Assembly (NCBI GenBank): GCA_902806215.1
Contig: CADCVT010000137.1
Span: 1 to 36,593 of the forward strand
Direction of reading: 5' to 3'
From: an uncultured Solirubrobacteraceae bacterium
GTDB taxonomy: Bacteria > Actinomycetota > Thermoleophilia > Solirubrobacterales > Solirubrobacteraceae
DNA: 36,593 nt
Positions 8,374 to 14,265 of the stretch are shown here, piece by piece; within the stretch, counting starts at the first letter, position 1, and each line of letters begins with the position of its first letter. The notes below the pieces were generated by a model. That model did no database searches, had not been told where the DNA came from, and was given only the letters and a program-made list of their open reading frames with translations. The position numbers were made by a program, and so were the translations under genes.

Positions 8374-9345
8374 ATGCGCTATCTGATCACCGGCGGGGCG
8401 GGGTTCATCGGCTCGCACCTTGCCGACGAGCTGCTCAGCCGCGGCCACCGCGTCCACGTCCTCGACGACCTGTCGACGGGATCGATCGCGAACATCGCGC
8501 ACCTCAAGCCCCGGCCGGACTTCGAGTACACGATCGACTCGTGCGAGTCCCCCTCGGTCGTCGCGGAGCTCGTCGACGAGTCCGACGTCATCTACCACCT
8601 CGCCGCCGCGGTGGGCGTCGAGCTGATCGTGCAGAGCCCGGTTCGCACGATCGAGACCAACGTCCGGTGCACGGAGGTCGTGCTCGACCGTGCGAACCGC
8701 AAGCAGAAGCCGGTGTTCATCGCCTCGACGAGCGAGGTGTACGGCAAGTCGCCGGCTCTGCCGTTCCAGGAGGAGGGCGACCTCGTGCTCGGAGCGACCA
8801 GCAAGGGCCGCTGGGCGTACGCATGCTCGAAGGCGATCGACGAGTTCCTGGCGATCGCGTACTGGAGGGAGCGCAAGCTCCCCACCGTCGTCGCGCGGCT
8901 GTTCAACACCGTCGGCCCTCGGCAGACGGGCCGGTACGGCATGGTCATCCCGAACTTCGTCCGGCAGGCCCTCGCCGGGCAGCCGATCACGGTCTACGGC
9001 GACGGCGCGCAGCAACGCTGCTTCTGTCACGTGCATGACGTCGTGCAGGCGCTCGCGGGGATCATGGAGCACGAGGAGGCGTACGGCGAGGTCTTCAACA
9101 TCGGCGCCGAAGAGGAGATCTCCATGCTCAAGCTCGCCGAGCGCGTGCGCGATCGCGCCGACTCGGACTCCGAGATCGTCCTGCTGCCCTATGACCAGGC
9201 GTACGGCCCGGGCTTCGAGGACATGGCCAGGCGCATCCCCGACCTCACCAAGATCAACGCGGTCCTCGGGTGGGCGCCGCAGCGCACCCTGGACGAGATC
9301 CTCGACGACGTGCTCGACCACCAGCGCGCCGGCGCGGGAGCCTGA
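8374..9345 (+). CDS. Extended-SDR NAD-dependent epimerase/dehydratase, ArnA/UXS (UDP-uronate decarboxylase)-like subtype
   Basis: Track ORF (323 aa) starting MRYLITGGAGFIGSHLADELL. Motifs are ASTSEVYG, RWAYACSKAIDEFLAIAY (Y...K) and RLFNTVGPRQ. The STSEVYG / RW.Y..SK pattern resembles the ArnA C-terminal and UXS group. Confidence 0.85.
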   Translation: MRYLITGGAGFIGSHLADELLSRGHRVHVLDDLSTGSIANIAHLKPRPDFEYTIDSCESPSVVAELVDESDVIYHLAAAVGVELIVQSPVRTIETNVRCTEVVLDRANRKQKPVFIASTSEVYGKSPALPFQEEGDLVLGATSKGRWAYACSKAIDEFLAIAYWRERKLPTVVARLFNTVGPRQTGRYGMVIPNFVRQALAGQPITVYGDGAQQRCFCHVHDVVQALAGIMEHEEAYGEVFNIGAEEEISMLKLAERVRDRADSDSEIVLLPYDQAYGPGFEDMARRIPDLTKINAVLGWAPQRTLDEILDDVLDHQRAGAGA

Positions 9346-9394
9346 CGGCCCCGGCCCGCATCGATCGCGCTCGCAGACCGTTTGAGTCCGGGAC

Positions 9395-10657
9395 GTGACG
9401 CTCGGATCCGATCAGGCGCTGTACGGCGCGCTCTGCGGGACGATCACACTTGTCGTCGTCGGCTGGCTGCTGTACGGCCTCGTCTCGCGGCTCGGGCGCA
9501 GCCGACCCGGGCTCTCGCTCACTCGGCCGCTGGCGGCGGCCGTGGCGGTGCGGCTGGCCGCTGCCGGGCTGTTCGCGGCGGTCCCCGCGCTCCAGTCCCT
9601 CCGTGGCCCGGACGAGCGCGTGTTCCTCGGCCTGGCCGCGGCGCTGGGGGAGGGATCGGTCGTGGTCTCGTGGCTGGGCGACCTGCACGTCCGCCTGTTC
9701 GCTCTGCAGTGGGCGGTCTTCGGCGAGGGCGGCGAGTTCCACCTGCGCGTGGGGCAGATCGGCCTCGCGGTCGCCGGCCTCACGCTCGCGGCCGTCGCCG
9801 TCCACGACCTGGCCGGCCCCCGGGCCGCGACGCTGACCGCGTGGATCATCGCCGTCGAGCCGAGCAACGTCTTCTTCTCGACGATCCTGCACAAGGAGGC
9901 GCCGATGATGCTCGCGGGCGGGCTGGGTCTGCTCGGCTGCGTGCGGATGTACCGTCGGCGCGACCTCACCGCCGCGCTCATCCTCGGGGGCGGCGTCCTC
10001 GTCGGCCTGGGCGCACGGCCGTACGCCGGCGCCGCCATCGCGGCCGCGGGGTTCGCGGTGACGCTGCACGCGTCGCTGCGCAGCGTCGGGCCGGCGCGGC
10101 GGCGGGCTCCGCGGATCGCCGCGGCATGCGTCGTCATCCCGCTGCTGGCGCTCGCCGCGGCGCCCACCACCGAAGTCTTCGCGCGGCTTCAGCTGTCGCA
10201 GAACGCGAACGTGTCGGACCAGGCCAACCTCACCCTGGAGCCGATCGACTTCTCCTCGCCCGTCGCGGTCGCGCGCAACCTCCCGCGCCGGGTGGCCGAC
10301 TTCCTCCTGCGCCCGTACCCGTGGCAGGTCGGCAACCTCAGCCAGCAGTTCGGCGTCCTCGGGACCTTGGTCGCCTGGCTGCTGTTCGTCATCGCGGGCG
10401 TGGCGGCGGTGCGCCGGCCACGGCGCCTCGAGCAGATCGTGCCGGCGCTGTACCTCCTGGGCGGCCTGATCGTCGCGTACTCGCTCAGCGCGGGCAACGC
10501 GGGCACGGGATTCCGCTACCGAACCCACGTGGTCGTGCTCCTCGCGGCCGTCGCCTGTGCCCTGGTGGTCGCGGCGCAGCGTCAGCGGCGGACCGGGGAC
10601 GAACCCGGTTCGCGCGCCGCTATGGTCCTCGACCGTGTCCTCGGCGAACGCTCGTAG
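9395..10657 (+). CDS. Polytopic integral membrane protein, GT-C-like glycosyltransferase or polymerase candidate
   Basis: Track ORF (420 aa, GTG start) with about 10 hydrophobic segments. An acidic PDE motif follows the first two helices (LRGPDERVFLGLA), as in the first outer loop of ArnT/PMT-type GT-C enzymes. It ends with NAGTGFRYRTH. The family assignment is tentative. Confidence 0.65.
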   Translation: MTLGSDQALYGALCGTITLVVVGWLLYGLVSRLGRSRPGLSLTRPLAAAVAVRLAAAGLFAAVPALQSLRGPDERVFLGLAAALGEGSVVVSWLGDLHVRLFALQWAVFGEGGEFHLRVGQIGLAVAGLTLAAVAVHDLAGPRAATLTAWIIAVEPSNVFFSTILHKEAPMMLAGGLGLLGCVRMYRRRDLTAALILGGGVLVGLGARPYAGAAIAAAGFAVTLHASLRSVGPARRRAPRIAAACVVIPLLALAAAPTTEVFARLQLSQNANVSDQANLTLEPIDFSSPVAVARNLPRRVADFLLRPYPWQVGNLSQQFGVLGTLVAWLLFVIAGVAAVRRPRRLEQIVPALYLLGGLIVAYSLSAGNAGTGFRYRTHVVVLLAAVACALVVAAQRQRRTGDEPGSRAAMVLDRVLGERS

Positions 10658-11384
10658 ACGCCTGCCTGGGCCCGTCCTCGCGGCGCTGGCTCTCGCGCTG
10701 CCGGCGGCCGGATGCGGCGGCGACGGCGACGCGCCATCGGCGACGCGTCCCAAGGCCGAACGCCCGACCGCGGCCGTCGTCGCGGCGGCGCGCGACCCGC
10801 AGTCGTCCGTGTCCGTCGTCAAGCGGTACTGGCGGTTCGTCCAGGACGGGGCGCTCCCGGGCGCCATCTCGCTGTATGCCCCGGGGGTCGTCCGCACCAT
10901 CGGCGCCGGGACGTTCGCGGGGATGCTCTCGCAGCAGCAGCAGACCATCGCGACCGCCCGGCTCAACCCGCTGTACGTCGAGGCTGTTGCCGACGGGGTG
11001 ATCGTCGGGGTCGAGTCGCTGCCGCCGGCGGGCGCGAAGGCCAAGTTCTCGTACTACCTGCGCCGTGGACCCGATCGCGAGTGGCGCATCATCTACGACA
11101 CGTTCTCAGCGGCCGCGCTCCAGAGCTTCGTGCAGGCGCGCGTGCAGCGCTCCGTCGACCCGGACGCGAAGACGCCGTCGTCGAAGGCCGCCGCGGCAGC
11201 CGACGACATCGTCGACCGGTACCGGACCGCCGCGCTCGAGGGCATCGGGAGGCGTTCGACCGAGCGCGCCCGTCGGGCGCGGGGATCCGACGACGACCAG
11301 GCCGGCGAGTCCCGCGACGCGCCGGCTGACGAGCTCGGCGAGGTGCCTGCCGACGAGCCGCGAGGCACGCAGCCCGACGAGTGA
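10635..11384 (+). CDS. Lipoprotein of unknown function (NTF2-like core, acidic disordered tail)
   Basis: GTG 10635 gives (M)SSANARRRLPGPVLAALALALPAAG-C, a good lipoprotein signal with lipobox; the upstream part of track ORF 10557..11384 lies inside the previous gene. Third positions are strongly G/C. The gene overlaps its upstream neighbour by 23 nt, and its stop overlaps the next GTG (GTGA at 11381-11384). Confidence 0.6.
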   Translation: MSSANARRRLPGPVLAALALALPAAGCGGDGDAPSATRPKAERPTAAVVAAARDPQSSVSVVKRYWRFVQDGALPGAISLYAPGVVRTIGAGTFAGMLSQQQQTIATARLNPLYVEAVADGVIVGVESLPPAGAKAKFSYYLRRGPDREWRIIYDTFSAAALQSFVQARVQRSVDPDAKTPSSKAAAAADDIVDRYRTAALEGIGRRSTERARRARGSDDDQAGESRDAPADELGEVPADEPRGTQPDE

Positions 11385-12082
11385 GTGGGCGCGATGAGGC
11401 GAACCCGCGCCGCCGCCGGCTCGCGCCGCGGCCGGCGCTCCTCGTCGCGCTGCCCTTCCTCGTCTGCATAGCCGCCACCGCCGCCTTCGTGGCGACGCTG
11501 GAGGACGGCTACACGTCCACCGTCACCGTCGGCCTGGGCCCGCAGGTCGTCCTCGACGAGCTCGACGCGGTCCGCGGGGTGGATGCGGCCGGCGAGGCGG
11601 GCATCGCCCGCGCCGATCTCCTCATGGCCGAGAGGCTCGTCCCCCGGCGCCCGTGGATGCGCGGCCGGGTGCTCGACCACATCAGCATCGCTCGCAGCTC
11701 GGTCGGCCGTGATCTGTCCATCACCGCGCGCGGGCCGGACCGCGCCGCGAGCGAGCGTCTCGCCCTCGACTTCACCGCTGCCCTGGCCGGAGAGCGTGCC
11801 CGCGATCTCGATCGGGTCGTTCGCGAGCTTCGCGCCGCGGTCTCGCTCGAGCGCAGGCTCCGGGTCGGCGGCGCGGGCTCGCGGCGTGCGTTCGAGCGAG
11901 CGCGCGTGATCGCCCCGCTCGAAGGGGGCGGTCTCCTGCTCCCCGATCCGCTGCGTGTGAGCGAGACGCGTCCGGTGAAGCGTCCGGCGCGCGACCTCGC
12001 GGCCGCGGCGATCCTCGGCCTGCTGCTCTCGCTCAGCGCTCTCGCGTACCGAGCGCGAGCTCGGAGTAGAGCTCGCCCTTGA
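11381..12082 (+). CDS. Miniature Wzz-like polysaccharide co-polymerase (chain-length determinant) candidate
   Basis: Track ORF (233 aa). It has an N-terminal TM (PALLVALPFLVCIAATAAFVATL), a ~150-aa helical middle and a Pro-rich motif (LPDPLRVSETRPVKRP) directly before a C-terminal TM (AAAAILGLLLSLSALAY). This is the PCP/Wzz topology. There is no kinase domain. The last ~16 codons overlap the convergent GT4 gene. Confidence 0.55.
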   Translation: MSGRDEANPRRRRLAPRPALLVALPFLVCIAATAAFVATLEDGYTSTVTVGLGPQVVLDELDAVRGVDAAGEAGIARADLLMAERLVPRRPWMRGRVLDHISIARSSVGRDLSITARGPDRAASERLALDFTAALAGERARDLDRVVRELRAAVSLERRLRVGGAGSRRAFERARVIAPLEGGGLLLPDPLRVSETRPVKRPARDLAAAAILGLLLSLSALAYRARARSRARP

Positions 12083-13196
12083 TCGCGAGCATCCGGTCCT
12101 CGCGGAACTCGCGCTCGACGCGCTGCCGTCCTGCGGCCCCGAGGGCTCGTCGCCGATCCGGATCGGCCAGCGCCTCACGAAGCCCCTGCGCGAGCGCGGC
12201 GGGTTCGCACGGCGGCACGAGCCAGCCGGTCTCGCCGTCACGGACGAGATCCTCGATCCCGTTGACCCGCGTCGCGACGACGGCGCGTCCGCACGCCATC
12301 GCCTCGAGCACCGTCGCCGGCATCCCCTCCCACAGGGACGGCTGGCAGTAGACGTCGGTCTCCGCCAGCAGGGCGCGGACGCCGGCGCTGTCCAGCGGCC
12401 CCGCGAACCGGACGTGCTCGGCGATGCCAAGGTCGTCGGCGGCAGCGCGGACTTGCCCGAGCGTGGGCCCTTCGCCCGCGAACACGAGGCGTAGGGCGAC
12501 GCCCTCGGCCAGGAGCTTCGACGCGGCCAGCACCAGATCGTGCTGGCGCTTGCGCGAGATGAAGCGGGCGACGCACGCGACCAAAGGGACGTCCGCGGGC
12601 ACGTGGTCGGGAACCCCCCACTCGGCGGTGGCGATGCCGTTGGGGATGTACCGGATGCGGCCGGGGGCGATGCCGTGCGCGTCGAGCAGGTGGGCCGCGC
12701 CTTCGGAGTTCGCGTCGTAGACGTCGACCAGCCTCGACGTCAGACGCTCGAGCGTCAGCACGAGACGCGACTTGAAGCTCCTCATGTCCTCGACCTCGGC
12801 CGGGTGCAAGCCCTGCACGCCCGAGACGAAGCGAGCCCGTGTCAGCGCGCGGACGAGGAACCGGGCGAGGAACGGGCCCTTGAACCCGTACGCGTGGACC
12901 ACGTCGTACCGGCCCCGGCGCAGGACTTGCCCGAGCCGCCAGGCGGTGATCGCCCAGCCTCGCCCGCCGAGCGGCCAGACGGCCACGCCCGCGGCCCGGA
13001 GACGCTGCGTGATCGGACCCCCGGGGGCGAGCAGCGCGACGTGGACGTCGAAGCGATCGCGTGCAAGCGCGGAGGCGAGCTTCACGACCATGAGCTCCGT
13101 GCCGCCGATGCCGTCGCATGTGAGGATCTGGAGGACCCGGACGCGCCGCGCGCGCTGGCTTCCCGCGCTCGTCTCGTCACTAGACTTCTGCGCCAT
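12033..13196 (-). CDS. GT4-family (GT-B fold) glycosyltransferase
   Basis: ATG at 13196 (MAQKSS...) within track ORF 12033..13274. Motifs are VLQILTCDGIGGTELMV at the N-terminus and the C-terminal E..7..E motif region PSLWEGMPATVLEAMACGRAVVATRVNGIEDLVRDGETGWLV. Confidence 0.9.
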   Translation of the reverse strand: MAQKSSDETSAGSQRARRVRVLQILTCDGIGGTELMVVKLASALARDRFDVHVALLAPGGPITQRLRAAGVAVWPLGGRGWAITAWRLGQVLRRGRYDVVHAYGFKGPFLARFLVRALTRARFVSGVQGLHPAEVEDMRSFKSRLVLTLERLTSRLVDVYDANSEGAAHLLDAHGIAPGRIRYIPNGIATAEWGVPDHVPADVPLVACVARFISRKRQHDLVLAASKLLAEGVALRLVFAGEGPTLGQVRAAADDLGIAEHVRFAGPLDSAGVRALLAETDVYCQPSLWEGMPATVLEAMACGRAVVATRVNGIEDLVRDGETGWLVPPCEPAALAQGLREALADPDRRRALGAAGRQRVEREFREDRMLAIKGELYSELALGTRER

Positions 13197-13257
13197 CACG
13201 CCAGAGTCCTCGCCTTCGTTCCCCGCGGGGTCACCGCCATCAAGCCTCACCAGTCTG

Positions 13258-14217
13258 TTGCGGTGCCCGGCCACCGGCGGCCGGCTGGAGTTCGACGGCT
13301 CCGCCCGGCTGACGGCGGCGGGCGTGTCGCGCAGCTACCCGATCGTCCGCGGCGTCCCGATCCTCGTCGTGGAGGAGCGTAGCCTCTTCTCGCCCGACGA
13401 CTACGTCGACGAGGACGTCGTCGCGGGCCGCTCGGGCACTCCGGCGGGCCGACTGGTCCACGCCGTCGGCCGGCGCCTGCCCGCGCTGTCGCCCAACGTG
13501 GGGACGGACGACAACCTCGCCGAGCTGGCCGAGCAGGTCAGGGCCCTCGTCGGCGGTCGGCGCGCCCGTGTGCTCGTCGTCGGCGGGGCGGTCGACGGCG
13601 TCGGGTTCCCCTCGTTCCGCGCGGGCCTCGACGACGCAGAGATCATCTCCGTCGACGCCGCGTTCGGCCCGTCGACGGACGTGGTGTGCGATGCGCACGA
13701 CCTCCCGTTCGAGGATTCGGTGTTCGACGCGGTCGTCTGCCAGGCCGTTCTCGAGCACGTGGCCGACCCGCAGCGCGTCGTGTCGGAGATCCACCGGGTC
13801 CTGCGTCCCGGTGGGCTCGTCTACTCCGAGGTCCCGTTCCTTCAGCCCGTGCACGCGGGTGCCTACGACTTCACGCGCTTTACCCAGGTCGGGCACCGCC
13901 GCCTCTACCGCTGCTTCGACGAGCTCCGCAGCGGCGCCCAGGGAGGCCCCGCATCCGCGCTGGCCTGGTCGCTGGCCTACTTCGCGCGAGCGGTCATGCC
14001 GACGCGGCCGCTCCGGCTCGCGGCGTTCGCCGCCACCGCCGTCATGGTCTCCTGGCTGCGTCATCTCGACCGCTTCCTCGTCGGCCGGCGCGCGGGGATC
14101 GACGCTGCCTCGGGCACCTTCTTCCTCGGCAGGCGGCGCGATTCGCCGGTCGACGACCGCGAGGTGATCGCGAGCTACCGCGATGAGAGCGGCGCGTTCC
14201 ACTACGACCGCTGCTGA
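13258..14217 (+). CDS. Class I SAM-dependent methyltransferase with N-terminal Trm112-like segment
   Basis: This is the real part of track ORF 12772..14217. (L)RCPATGGRLEF...YPIVRGVPILV resembles a Trm112-type ribbon, and DAHDLPFEDSVFDAVVCQAVLEHVADPQRVVSEIHRVLRPGGLVY is a typical Methyltransf_11 core. The start is set at TTG 13258, the first plausible start after the divergent gene, and is uncertain. Confidence 0.75.
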   Translation: MRCPATGGRLEFDGSARLTAAGVSRSYPIVRGVPILVVEERSLFSPDDYVDEDVVAGRSGTPAGRLVHAVGRRLPALSPNVGTDDNLAELAEQVRALVGGRRARVLVVGGAVDGVGFPSFRAGLDDAEIISVDAAFGPSTDVVCDAHDLPFEDSVFDAVVCQAVLEHVADPQRVVSEIHRVLRPGGLVYSEVPFLQPVHAGAYDFTRFTQVGHRRLYRCFDELRSGAQGGPASALAWSLAYFARAVMPTRPLRLAAFAATAVMVSWLRHLDRFLVGRRAGIDAASGTFFLGRRRDSPVDDREVIASYRDESGAFHYDRC

Positions 14218-14265
14218 CCCCTCCTAAGAGCGTCGGACCCCGCCGTCAGACCGGAATCCGACGCT

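Noticed and set aside
7039-9321. 760-aa minus-strand ORF across the SDR gene trio
   Set aside because: It is antisense to three plus-strand genes with unmistakable Rossmann and Y...K motifs. Its own product is Arg/Asp/Val-rich with no recognisable domain.
9254-11044. 596-aa minus ORF, plus the 539-aa plus ORF 9382..11001
   Set aside because: Both are alternative-frame shadows of the membrane protein and lipoprotein genes. Their products are extremely Arg/Pro-rich and lack hydrophobic segments or motifs.
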